Part shown: positions 16,983 to 26,820 of the stretch, one piece after another
How the letters are laid out: each line of letters opens with the position of its first letter
How positions within the stretch are numbered: position 1 is the stretch's first letter
Made by a program: the position numbers and the translations under genes
From: Candidatus Woesearchaeota archaeon
Lineage (GTDB): Archaea; Nanobdellota; Nanobdellia; Woesearchaeales; GW2011-AR9
DNA length: 48,046 nt
Assembly (NCBI GenBank): GCA_018670095.1
Contig: JABHRR010000029.1
Coordinates: forward strand, 1-48,046
Direction: 5' to 3'
The notes under the pieces: generated by a model
What the model was told of the DNA's origin: nothing
Seen by the model: only the letters and a program-made list of their open reading frames with translations
Database searches by the model: none

Positions 16983-19900
16983 CTAAATTTTCCTTTTTCT
17001 TTTGCTTTTTCTAAATCTTTAATTTGTTTTTTAGATAATTTAAATTCACGATATAATTTATAATCTTCTTCTTCATAAGTTACAATTTCACTTAATTGTG
17101 ATGCCCTAAATTTTCCAGTTTCAGGATCAATCCAATAAGTACATTCTGGACAACGAGGATTATCAAATAATTCTCTCCCGGTATATTCTTTTGTTTTTGG
17201 AATAACTATTTCTACCAAATCTGATGGAGCAGTAAGTTCCGAATTAACTAAATCTGTATTAACCATTTCTTCATTAATTGCCGAAGTAGTATCAGCACTT
17301 TCATCAAGGATTTGCTGCCAATATGAAGTAGGTGGCTTAATAGTTGGCTCGACAGTTTTTATTTCCGGTTCAGGTAATTTTATTTCATCTGGAGAAATTG
17401 GTTCTGAAACCGCAATCTCAGGCACTGTTGGAGCCATGACAGGATCTAATTGTGGGGTTGGTTTACTTTCCTGAACTGTTGAAGCATCTTTTGGTACGGC
17501 CGCTACTTCTTTACGTTGTGTATCAGAAATATCTGGTAAATCTAATTCTGCTTGTTCTTCCCCTAGTGATTCTGAGAAATCACCTGCTTTTGTGTCAACT
17601 TCAAATATCTCGCTAGATGAATCAGCTTGATCACCAACTGGAATTTCTATACCACCATCTGGCAATTCTAATTCCGGTAAATCCACATCAGATGTTTCTA
17701 AACTTGGTACCGTGGTAGGTACAGATATTGGGTCTAATTGTGGAGTTGGTTTAATATCCTGAATTGAAGCATCTTTTGGTACAGCTGCTACGTCTTTACT
17801 TTGTGATTCAGGAGATTTAGGTAAGTCTAATATTGCGGATTCTTCTCCTACTGATTCTGAGAAATCACCCGCTATTGTATCAACTTCAAATTTTCCGCTA
17901 GGTAAATCAGAAATAGCTTGATCACCTGGAATTACTATACCACCATCTGGCAATTCTAATTCCGGTAAATCCACACCAGATGTTTCTAAACTTGGTACTG
18001 TTGAGGGCCCAGATATTGGGTCTAGTTGGGGTACAGGCTGACTTACTGGAGGAATTATTTCATCACCCAGAAACCTCCAACGAAACACAGCAGTGTTTAA
18101 TCCCGTATCTTTATCTCTTTTCAGTTCATCAACACTAACATAATCATCATAAACATGAGCACTTAATGCTGGTTGTGAACCTGCAAACTTTTTAAAATAT
18201 TTTTTACCTGTAACTGGAGGAATCCTAATTACTTCTTTAATACCAATTGCATGACCAGAACGCAAAATTACATCTCCCGGCTGTATGTCCTCATAATCAT
18301 TAACTATTTGAATATCATTACTCCAACTACCAACATTTTTTATTTCCTTTCCAATACCATTAACATAAGTTTTTGTTCCAGTTCCCGACATCCAGCCCGT
18401 AATAAATTTTTGTTCTTTTCCTTCAAATTGACTTAAACAAGTTTCACCATTATTATAACAAATATTTCTTCCTGTTGCTTTAGCATACTCATAAGCTAAT
18501 CTGAACTGAGTATCAATACATTCTTGAGCACGATTTAAGATGTCTAAATCTAAAGAATCAGCATTAGAACTCTTAATGATAGGAACCTTTAATATTTCTT
18601 CACCAACTGTAATTCCTTTTTTAGGTTTATAAACTTCAGCAGTAAATTCTAAAACGTAATCATTTTTTAATAAAGGAAAACCTTCAATAAACTCTTGATA
18701 AGATAATTTTGCATTACCATCTTGAGAACTTATAATTTGACCAAAAGCACCAGTTTTTTGTTGACCTAAATCAACAACAATTCTTTTTGTATTGTCATCA
18801 ATTTTACTACCTAATGTACTTGATTCAGTTCTTAACTGGTAATACGCACTAGCAACTTCTCCCTCTACAAGTTCATCTCTCTCTTTTATCAAAGCAAAAA
18901 TATTCTGGTTAATATTTTCCATCTTACTTTTAATATCATTAACAGTTATTTCTTGTAATTGTTTATTATCATTAGGAGTTAATAAAGCCCTTGCAAGTTG
19001 TCCTTCTTGATACTTATATTCCTCATATAAACCAGCAATAGGTGTTTCAGAAACAATATCAAATGTTCCAAGAAGTTTTCCATTGATCTCATCAAGTTTA
19101 CTTTCAACTTTTTGAATTTCTGGATTAGCCTTAAGCTCCTCCATAGCTGAATTAATTTGATTAAATCTTAATGTTAAACCTTTATTTTCCTCAAGAAGTT
19201 CTTGTCTTTCTTCATCAGACAATGAAGTAAAAAATGTTTTATCAACATCTAAATCATAAGTTTTCTTTTCACCCTCAGAAGTTAAGTATTCAAATCTCAT
19301 GTCAGAAGAAACAGAATTAGTTTGTCCTTGACCAGTTCCCTCTGGAGCATAATCAAAAAGTGTTCTTCCTTTAATTTCATTACCATCAATTAAAAATTCC
19401 CACTTACCATTATTAATTTTTCCTTTACCTTCCATTTTCAAATTGAGAGCCAAAGGTTGACCATCCCTAGAATTTTTTCCAACTTCCATCTCCCCGCCAT
19501 CAGGATGAAATTCTAACCTACTTTTCTCAGTCCGTGTAACTCCTTTTTCATTAAATTTAACAAACTCCGGAAATATATTATTACCTTCTTCAACTTTAGT
19601 ATCAAAGTTTCGTCCACCCAACCAAACTTTTTTCTGACCATAAATAAAATAATTTTCTATTCCTTCTGGATATTGATTTTTTTTAATTTCAGGAATAAGA
19701 GTATCATATATCTCTTGTCTTTCAGCTTGATATTTTTTAACTATTTCTTCCCTCTTAAATATTAGAGGCAAATATTCATCTGTAATAATCTGTCTGTTAA
19801 TTCCAGCTTTGCCAATTTCTATAAGAATTTGTCTTGATTCAACACTTAATTTTTCAATTTGTGAAAATATAGCTTCTTTATTTGCACTTCCAGAATATAG

Positions 19901-21085
19901 TTGTTCTCTTAATTTCTCCAAATCAACATTAATCTTATTCCTTTTAGCTGAAAGATCAAAAACTTTGGCACTTTCCTCTTGAATTTCTTTATTCATCTCA
20001 GCAAAAGTAAGTTTGTTATCTTCTCCTAATCCTTCTCTTAAAACATTTTGTAACTCTTCTTCTTCTTTCCGGTCAATATCTAAAGTTTCATCATTTTCTG
20101 CATAAAACAAATTCAGTTCACTTACGTACCACTCTTCTTCAAACTCCCAATCTTTATTATCTGAATACCCATAAGTATTATGGTTAAATCCCTGCACAAC
20201 AACATCAGAAGAAGTTAAAACTTTTACTGGCCCACCATCTTTGTATTCTAAACCCCCTTCACGAATCAAATCATTATTTGGAAGCTTAATATTTTCACCC
20301 ATGATGATTAATTCACTATCTTTACTAATTTGATCAATCTGTGCATTAGCAGTTTTTAATATATTTTGTTCACGATTAAATTCAAAATCAGGCAATTCCT
20401 CATTTTCATTTAAAGCAAAAGTAAAACCAGCAATACTATCAGCTGTTCCACGTACAACACCATTATCAAGAATAAAATTAGCACCAATAATCTTTTTATC
20501 TCCAAATTCACCGTCATTAATCGTAAGTACTGTTTGACCGGCAGGAGATGTTTCAGCACTTAAATCTCCTTTAAATGCCCATTCTTTTTTACCATTATCT
20601 ATCAAAATAATATTTCCATCTTTGTCAACATCAATCTTAAGATTAGAATTAGAAAATTGATAAATATCAGCGATTGCACCATTCTTTCCTTTTAATGTTC
20701 CTTCTTTAGAAAAGTCTGTAACCCCTTTACCTTCAGCAATGTTAAAATCAACACCTTTATGTTTCATGAACTTAACAAAAGTATCTTTATTTTCATTAAC
20801 ATTCTGAGGATTAATAAAATAATCAGTAGCAATTTGTATGTTCTCAGGATTCTGGAAAGAATTGATTGTTGAAATAAAATTAGCTTGATCTGCAGGATTC
20901 ATTAAAACAAAATTTTGCGGGGAAGGGTTTTGATAAAATTGTTCAAGTGTTAGTTCAGAATTAACTCCTCCAGCAGGAGCTTGACCGGGCACTGCTGGTT
21001 CAGAAATAACTAGAATAGAAAACATTAACAAACCAATAACTAAATTAAAGTACAACAAATTTAACTTATTAATTTTTTTCACCAT
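16979..21085 (-). CDS. Large secreted or membrane-anchored protein with coiled coils, a DUF4846-like Cys-His domain and Pro/acidic repeats
   Basis: N-terminal hydrophobic segment; AQECIDTQFRLAYEY...IQPGDVILRSGHAI...FAGSQPALSAHV; 96-aa repeats near the C-terminus. Confidence 0.65.
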   Translation of the reverse strand: MVKKINKLNLLYFNLVIGLLMFSILVISEPAVPGQAPAGGVNSELTLEQFYQNPSPQNFVLMNPADQANFISTINSFQNPENIQIATDYFINPQNVNENKDTFVKFMKHKGVDFNIAEGKGVTDFSKEGTLKGKNGAIADIYQFSNSNLKIDVDKDGNIILIDNGKKEWAFKGDLSAETSPAGQTVLTINDGEFGDKKIIGANFILDNGVVRGTADSIAGFTFALNENEELPDFEFNREQNILKTANAQIDQISKDSELIIMGENIKLPNNDLIREGGLEYKDGGPVKVLTSSDVVVQGFNHNTYGYSDNKDWEFEEEWYVSELNLFYAENDETLDIDRKEEEELQNVLREGLGEDNKLTFAEMNKEIQEESAKVFDLSAKRNKINVDLEKLREQLYSGSANKEAIFSQIEKLSVESRQILIEIGKAGINRQIITDEYLPLIFKREEIVKKYQAERQEIYDTLIPEIKKNQYPEGIENYFIYGQKKVWLGGRNFDTKVEEGNNIFPEFVKFNEKGVTRTEKSRLEFHPDGGEMEVGKNSRDGQPLALNLKMEGKGKINNGKWEFLIDGNEIKGRTLFDYAPEGTGQGQTNSVSSDMRFEYLTSEGEKKTYDLDVDKTFFTSLSDEERQELLEENKGLTLRFNQINSAMEELKANPEIQKVESKLDEINGKLLGTFDIVSETPIAGLYEEYKYQEGQLARALLTPNDNKQLQEITVNDIKSKMENINQNIFALIKERDELVEGEVASAYYQLRTESSTLGSKIDDNTKRIVVDLGQQKTGAFGQIISSQDGNAKLSYQEFIEGFPLLKNDYVLEFTAEVYKPKKGITVGEEILKVPIIKSSNADSLDLDILNRAQECIDTQFRLAYEYAKATGRNICYNNGETCLSQFEGKEQKFITGWMSGTGTKTYVNGIGKEIKNVGSWSNDIQIVNDYEDIQPGDVILRSGHAIGIKEVIRIPPVTGKKYFKKFAGSQPALSAHVYDDYVSVDELKRDKDTGLNTAVFRWRFLGDEIIPPVSQPVPQLDPISGPSTVPSLETSGVDLPELELPDGGIVIPGDQAISDLPSGKFEVDTIAGDFSESVGEESAILDLPKSPESQSKDVAAVPKDASIQDIKPTPQLDPISVPTTVPSLETSDVDLPELELPDGGIEIPVGDQADSSSEIFEVDTKAGDFSESLGEEQAELDLPDISDTQRKEVAAVPKDASTVQESKPTPQLDPVMAPTVPEIAVSEPISPDEIKLPEPEIKTVEPTIKPPTSYWQQILDESADTTSAINEEMVNTDLVNSELTAPSDLVEIVIPKTKEYTGRELFDNPRCPECTYWIDPETGKFRASQLSEIVTYEEEDYKLYREFKLSKKQIKDLEKAKEKGKFS
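17441..18031 (-). repeat. Intragenic tandem repeat, 288-bp (96-aa) unit, two copies plus the start of a third
   Basis: PQLDP codons at 18017..18031, 17729..17743 and 17441..17455 (period 288). Confidence 0.9.
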
Positions 21086-21087
21086 TT

Positions 21088-22146
21088 TTATCCAGTTACT
21101 TTGAATATTACAAATTCGTTATCTTTCTCGGCAGTAGTTTCAGCAGTAATAATAACAAAATGAGTCCCTTTATCCATTTTATTCGCAGTAAAACTAATCT
21201 TTCCGTTAGCACTAATCTCAAACAATTCAGAGTCATCTGTGTAACTAACATCCTCTTTATTAGAAACAATTGTTTTTTCAAAAAGTTCTCCAACACCAAT
21301 CTCAAACGTTCCAAGATCTTCTATTTCTAACTTTTCTTCTATTTCTACTTCAAGGTATTCCATAATAAATTCAAAAGTAAAATTTTTATAGTCCAAGATT
21401 ACAGGTTTTTTGTCCTCCAATCGAAACATGATAATATCATTAGCAAAAACTGAACTATCATGAATAGGTAACGCATCAATAAGAATATTCTTACTGGCAG
21501 CTGTATCTTCCATACAAGTTAAACAGATATAACCTTTATCTTCCAAATTTTGTTCAACTAATTCTTCAGCAGCTTCAATAAACTTTTTAACATTAACATT
21601 TACCACTTTAATAAAAGTGTCAAATTCCATCACATCTTGTCCCAGTTCAAACTTTAGAGGATAATTCAAAACAATTTTGGTTCTCTCATTATAACTTACA
21701 TTAACAACAATTTCGCCCTCAGTAATATCATATCCTGATTTCTCAAATATTTTAAAGTTATCTACACAGACTGGTAAATAATCTTTAATGTATCTTTCCA
21801 ACTCTTTCTCAGCATCTTCAATTTCTAAAACTCTAATTTCATCTTCGTAATAATAGTAAGGAAGTTTATCCCCAACAAATAAAATTGAATAATCTAACGG
21901 TGATTGATAATAGCCACCCTGCCTACCGATTAAGACTAAACCCTCTTCAGAAACTCTGTTTAAACAAGATTCAACAAACAATTTAATATTGTCTCCCTGA
22001 AGTGGAGTTAACACCTCTTCAGTAACTTTAACATTTTTACTTACTGAAGTTTGCTTTAAGATAAAGAATAATGAAAAAACAAGTACTATAAGAATACCTA
22101 GAATAATAAAGACTGTAATCTGACCTTTCCTATTTAAATTAAACAT
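21088..22146 (-). CDS. Class III signal peptide (type IV pilin-like) surface protein with possible C-terminal Ig/cadherin-like domain
   Basis: RKG/QITVFIILGILIVLVF cleavage motif; C-terminal FEISANGKISFTA...HFVIITA. Confidence 0.72.
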   Translation of the reverse strand: MFNLNRKGQITVFIILGILIVLVFSLFFILKQTSVSKNVKVTEEVLTPLQGDNIKLFVESCLNRVSEEGLVLIGRQGGYYQSPLDYSILFVGDKLPYYYYEDEIRVLEIEDAEKELERYIKDYLPVCVDNFKIFEKSGYDITEGEIVVNVSYNERTKIVLNYPLKFELGQDVMEFDTFIKVVNVNVKKFIEAAEELVEQNLEDKGYICLTCMEDTAASKNILIDALPIHDSSVFANDIIMFRLEDKKPVILDYKNFTFEFIMEYLEVEIEEKLEIEDLGTFEIGVGELFEKTIVSNKEDVSYTDDSELFEISANGKISFTANKMDKGTHFVIITAETTAEKDNEFVIFKVTG

Positions 22147-22190
22147 CTACTATATAACTAAATATTAGCGATATATAAATGTTATTAATT

Positions 22191-22925
22191 TTATCTTAAA
22201 AAAACCCTATAAAATTCCCTAGCTTGTTCTTTAGAATATTCTAAAGTGCCACCAACATCCATGCTAACTAATTTAACTCCCTTCCGTTCAAACACTTCTC
22301 TGAATTCAGAAGAATCATATTGTTTCTTTAACTTCAATTGAAATTCAAGATTCTCAAATTCACAATTATCATCTTTATCTCTACCATCCAATCTTCTAAT
22401 TACCTCAGAAACATCTTCAATCGTAGGAACTATCATGAAATCCATTGGATGTTCATAACAGAAAGCATTCCCCGGCAATTTCATTATTTCATCCATACTA
22501 AATTCTCTACCTAAATCTAAAGCCATTTGTTGTTGATAAACAATGCTAGTAGAAAATGATCTACTTTGATAGACATCAATCCCCGCTTCTAAAACCGGAA
22601 GTAATAATTGTTCATACAAAATGTGACGATCTAAAGAATATCCTCCAGCAACTGTTTCCGGAGAATATTTTCTACCGTTCTTAGCAATTAACTCATCACG
22701 AACTACTCTTCCTGCACCAACAAATGTAGGTTCAGAAGTAAGAATAATATCATATTCACCAATAATCTCTTTTGGATTCGGGTGGAAATCATTTTCATTC
22801 CAGAACTTGTGAACATCAAAAACTCTTTTGCCTTCTTTAATCGCTTCTTCAACAAAAGTATCTATAATAACTCCTTTACCACAACCATCTAGTCCATCAA
22901 CAACAATAAACTTACCTCTTTCCAT
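22191..22925 (-). CDS. tmk: Thymidylate kinase
   Basis: GKFIVVDGLDGCGKG P-loop, TSEPT, SR.FSTSIVYQ, FENLEFQ; start at MERGK preferred. Confidence 0.8.
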   Translation of the reverse strand: MERGKFIVVDGLDGCGKGVIIDTFVEEAIKEGKRVFDVHKFWNENDFHPNPKEIIGEYDIILTSEPTFVGAGRVVRDELIAKNGRKYSPETVAGGYSLDRHILYEQLLLPVLEAGIDVYQSRSFSTSIVYQQQMALDLGREFSMDEIMKLPGNAFCYEHPMDFMIVPTIEDVSEVIRRLDGRDKDDNCEFENLEFQLKLKKQYDSSEFREVFERKGVKLVSMDVGGTLEYSKEQAREFYRVFLR

Positions 22926-22976
22926 AACAAAAAGAAAACCCAACTTATTAATAAATTATATGGTGCTAGAAAGATA

Positions 22977-24137
22977 TTAATCAAAAAATTTCAAATCACG
23001 AATTTCTTCAGGCAAATGTTCCTGCTTGAAACTTTCCTTCTCCTCTGCACTTAAATCATGATAATACTTATACCCTTCACCCAAACCTTGATCTTTCAAA
23101 AAAGAAGTTTCTGCGTTCTTCAAATGTATTGGCACATCTAAGTTTCCAGTTTCTTTAATCGTCTGTTTAACTTTGTTAACAGCCACGTAAACTTTATTAC
23201 CTTTCTTTGCTGAAGCAAGATAAACAATTAATTGTGCTAAAATAACTTCACTCTCCGGCAGACCAATTACTTCATGAGATTGAAAACATTTAATAGCAAA
23301 TTCTAAAGCTTTGTTATCAGTATCACCAATGTCTTCAGAAGCAAACCTGATTAAACGACGAAAAATATATTTTGGATCTTCACCACCATTCAACATTCTA
23401 AAAGCCCAGTATAAAGACGCATCTACATCACTGTCACGCAAAGATTTGTGTAAAGCAGAAATCATATTATAATGCCATTCCTGGTCATAAAAAATATTTC
23501 TATTAAGTAATTTTTTTGCTTCTTCTAAAGTCAAATTTTCTTTTTTTGATAAAAATTCTAAACTGTTTAAAGATTTTCTCAAATCTCCATCTGAGATGTT
23601 ACAAATAAAATCAATAATTTCTTCTTTAATTACAATCTTCTCATTCTGAGAAACATTAAGCAAATATTTCTTAATTTCCGATTGAGGAATCTTATCAAAC
23701 TTAAACACTTTTATTCTAGAAAGTAAAGCATTGTTAACTTCAAACGCAGGATTTTCTGTGGTGGCACCAATTAAAGTCAATGTACCTTTCTCTACATGTG
23801 GTAATAAATAATCTTGCTGCATCTTGTTAAAACGATGAATTTCGTCAACAAAAAGAATTGTTCTAACTCTTGAAAATAAAAACAAGTTTTTAGCTTTCTC
23901 AACACATTCTCTTAAATCTTTTACTCCACTGGTAACTGCACTAATTTCAATAAAATTAAGATCAAGAACGTTGCAAATTATTTTCGCCAGTGTTGTTTTT
24001 CCTGTTCCTGGAGGTCCCCAAAAAAGCATAGAAAATATATTGTTATCATTAATATAATCTTTAAGAACAATATTCTCAGAAGTAAAAACAAAACCTTTCA
24101 TATCTTTTGGTCTTACTTTATGTGCTAATGGCTCCAT
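22977..24137 (-). CDS. rarA: Replication-associated recombination protein A (MgsA/RarA AAA+)
   Basis: PLAHKVRP, WGPPGTGKTT, FVDEIHRFNK.QQD, GATTENP, ISALHKSLRDSD, FASEDIG. Confidence 0.93.
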   Translation of the reverse strand: MEPLAHKVRPKDMKGFVFTSENIVLKDYINDNNIFSMLFWGPPGTGKTTLAKIICNVLDLNFIEISAVTSGVKDLRECVEKAKNLFLFSRVRTILFVDEIHRFNKMQQDYLLPHVEKGTLTLIGATTENPAFEVNNALLSRIKVFKFDKIPQSEIKKYLLNVSQNEKIVIKEEIIDFICNISDGDLRKSLNSLEFLSKKENLTLEEAKKLLNRNIFYDQEWHYNMISALHKSLRDSDVDASLYWAFRMLNGGEDPKYIFRRLIRFASEDIGDTDNKALEFAIKCFQSHEVIGLPESEVILAQLIVYLASAKKGNKVYVAVNKVKQTIKETGNLDVPIHLKNAETSFLKDQGLGEGYKYYHDLSAEEKESFKQEHLPEEIRDLKFFD

Positions 24138-24240
24138 ATTAGCTTCAGGAGTTTAACCGTTTATTAAGATTTTCGTTGTTGAGATGGCATTATGGATTAC
24201 AACAGAAACATTTATATATTATAGCCCACTATAGTTCACT

Positions 24241-24459
24241 ATGGCAACAACAATTCAAATTAGTGGGGATTTACAACAAGAACTTGCAAGCAGAAAAATG
24301 TTTGCTAAAGAAACCTACGAAGAAGTAATTTGGGATTTAATAGAAGATACTAAAGAACTTTCTGCTGAGACTCTAAAAAATATTGAAATTTCTAAAAAGC
24401 AAATCAAAGAAGGAAAGACTCATAGTCATGAAGAAGTTAAAAGAAAGTTGGGTTTGTAA
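24241..24459 (+). CDS. Type II antitoxin (archaeal RelB-like)
   Basis: Small; TTIQIS...ETYEEVI...GKTHSHEEVKRKLGL; directly upstream of a RelE-like gene. Confidence 0.8.
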   Translation: MATTIQISGDLQQELASRKMFAKETYEEVIWDLIEDTKELSAETLKNIEISKKQIKEGKTHSHEEVKRKLGL

Positions 24460-24462
24460 AGA

Positions 24463-24714
24463 ATGTACGAACTAATTTATTCTGACGAAGTTTTAAAACA
24501 ATTAAAAAAATCAGATAATATTCTTAAAAAAAGAATTATTACAACTCTAGAAAGAATGAGGTTCAGACCACATTCATACACTAAAAAACTAGTAGGTTGT
24601 CCCCATTTTTCTTTAAGAGTTGGAGACCATAGAATCATTTTAGATATTCAAGATAATAAATTAATAATTTTCGTAATTGAGCTTGGTCACAGAAGAAATA
24701 TTTATAAGAAGTAA
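24463..24714 (+). CDS. relE: RelE/ParE family toxin
   Basis: YELIYS..V.KQLKK, LRVGDHRII, LGHRRNIY. Confidence 0.88.
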   Translation: MYELIYSDEVLKQLKKSDNILKKRIITTLERMRFRPHSYTKKLVGCPHFSLRVGDHRIILDIQDNKLIIFVIELGHRRNIYKK

Positions 24715-24731
24715 TCAATTAACTTAACAAA

Positions 24732-25307
24732 ATGAATAAAATAATCTGTTTAGTAGGAATGTCTGGTTCTGGTAAAAGTGTCGTTGCTGATGAACTGGTA
24801 AGAAACGGTTTCGAGTTTGCTCGTTTTGGACAAATCACATTAGATATTGTTAAAGAACGTGGTTTAGAACCAAGCGAAGAAAATGAAAGACCAATCAGAG
24901 AAGAAATGAGAAAAGAGCATGGCATGGGTGCATACGCAACTTTAAATATTCCAAAATTTGATGATCTTTTAAAGAAAGCTAACTTAGTTGCTGATGGACT
25001 TTACTCATGGACTGAATACAAAATTCTTAAAGAATATTATAAAGAAAGATTAACTGTAGTTGCTGTTTTAGCACCACCAGAAACAAGGTACGCTAGACTA
25101 GCAGGAAGAACAGAAGTTGATGAAAAAATGCGTAACAGACCAGCAACAAGAAAACAAGCAATTGCCAGAGATTACGCAGAAATTGAAAACATTGAGAAAG
25201 GCGGTCCGATCGCCATGGCTGATTATTATATTCTGAATATGGGCAGTAAAGAAGATTTAATTAAAGAAGCAAAAAAATTGTTAGTGGAATTAAATAAGAA
25301 ATCATAA
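24732..25307 (+). CDS. P-loop nucleotide kinase (dephospho-CoA/adenylate kinase-like, archaeal)
   Basis: IICLVGMSGSGKS, VADGLYSWTE, GGPIAMADY. Confidence 0.8.
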   Translation: MNKIICLVGMSGSGKSVVADELVRNGFEFARFGQITLDIVKERGLEPSEENERPIREEMRKEHGMGAYATLNIPKFDDLLKKANLVADGLYSWTEYKILKEYYKERLTVVAVLAPPETRYARLAGRTEVDEKMRNRPATRKQAIARDYAEIENIEKGGPIAMADYYILNMGSKEDLIKEAKKLLVELNKKS

Positions 25308-25367
25308 CCACAACACAACCATTCTAGTATAATAATCAATTTATAGTTATTCTTCTTCCAATTTATT

Positions 25368-26378
25368 ATGATTATCGGCATTACAGGATTAGATGGTTCA
25401 GGAAAGAATATGGTGACTGAATCTTTAGGACAGAATAACTTTATTCAAATAAGTTTCTCAGACATTCTCAGGGAAGAATTAAAGAAAAGAAACTTAAAAA
25501 TTACTAAAGAAAATCTTATCGAAACAGGAAATTATTTGAGAACTAGATACGGCAGAAAAATTCTCGCGCGATTAGCGTTAAGTAAAGTTGAAGATGGCGA
25601 AAATTATGTTTTTACTTCCATCAGAAACCCGTTAGAAGCAGAATTCTTAATGTCAAGACACGATTTCTTATTAGTTAACGTAACTGCTCCAGATAATATT
25701 AGATTAAAACGTATCATGAAGAAAAGGTTAGAAAGTGACCCTAGAACAATAAAAGAATTAAGAAAAATGGACGCTTTAGAAAATAGTTCTGATCCCAAGA
25801 AACAACAGTTACATAAAGTCATGAAAATGGCACAAGTAACTATCAATAATGATTCTACTTTAGACAAACTTCAAAAGAAAGTTGATCAGGTGTTAAAAGA
25901 TTGGATGTTTAAACTGCAAGACCCACGACCAGATTGGGACCATTATTTTATGGAGATAGCAGAAACTGTAAAATCAAGATCAAGTTGTATGTCTCCAAAA
26001 AAAGGCGCATTAATTGTTAAAGATAAACAAATTCTTTCTACTGGTTATAATGGCACGCCTAGAAATGTAAGTCATTGTACTGCTGGATCTTGTGAAAGAT
26101 GTTCATTAAGACATCAAGGTAAGATTAAATCTGCTGATTACACTTCTGCAATATGTATCTGTGCCCATGCTGAAGAAAACGCGATTGTACAAGCAGCAAA
26201 TACTGGTGCCTCAACAAAAGGGGCAACAATTTATACTACTTTTACCCCTTGTAATATGTGTGCGCGGATGATCATTAACGCGGGAATAAAAGAAGTTATT
26301 GCTAAAGTTAAATATCCCGATGATGTTGGCACAAAGTTGTTAAAAGAAGCGCGAGTAAGCTTAAGAGTTTTGAAATAA
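25368..26378 (+). CDS. P-loop kinase fused to dCMP deaminase (ComEB-like)
   Basis: N-terminal IIGITGLDGSGK..SIRNP.E; C-terminal RPDWDHYFM, TGYNGTP, HAEENAI, PCNMC. Confidence 0.88.
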   Translation: MIIGITGLDGSGKNMVTESLGQNNFIQISFSDILREELKKRNLKITKENLIETGNYLRTRYGRKILARLALSKVEDGENYVFTSIRNPLEAEFLMSRHDFLLVNVTAPDNIRLKRIMKKRLESDPRTIKELRKMDALENSSDPKKQQLHKVMKMAQVTINNDSTLDKLQKKVDQVLKDWMFKLQDPRPDWDHYFMEIAETVKSRSSCMSPKKGALIVKDKQILSTGYNGTPRNVSHCTAGSCERCSLRHQGKIKSADYTSAICICAHAEENAIVQAANTGASTKGATIYTTFTPCNMCARMIINAGIKEVIAKVKYPDDVGTKLLKEARVSLRVLK

Positions 26379-26389
26379 AAATAAAAAAA

Positions 26390-26731
26390 TTAAAGAATCT
26401 TTCTTCCTAAATCAAAGACCCCACCAGTTTCTTCGTGAGCTTTAACTGCTCGATCAACACAATGGTGTGGTTCTTGATAATCTCCAGGAATCCGATTAAA
26501 ATCAGGTTCAGATAATCCAATTACAGAAACTGGTTGCTCTGATCTGATATTAAAATTTTTATCTTTGTAACAAGCCGGACAATCGTTACCAGTTAACTGT
26601 ACATAATCAGTGTGATAAGTATCTCCACATTCTTGACAAGAATATGCATTGTCTTCAACTATATTCTGTTGAATTGTAACCATTGCGTCATCAAAATCTT
26701 CTAATATTTCAACTAAATCATTATTTACCAT
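26390..26731 (-). CDS. Hypothetical zinc-ribbon protein
   Basis: CQEC...CPAC. Confidence 0.6.
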   Translation of the reverse strand: MVNNDLVEILEDFDDAMVTIQQNIVEDNAYSCQECGDTYHTDYVQLTGNDCPACYKDKNFNIRSEQPVSVIGLSEPDFNRIPGDYQEPHHCVDRAVKAHEETGGVFDLGRKIL

Positions 26732-26820
26732 TGGAAAACTAATAAAATATATGGTGTATATAAATATTATGGAAAATCTAGAAAGATTTAAATATTAATT
26801 ATCTCTCACGAATAGTAAAT

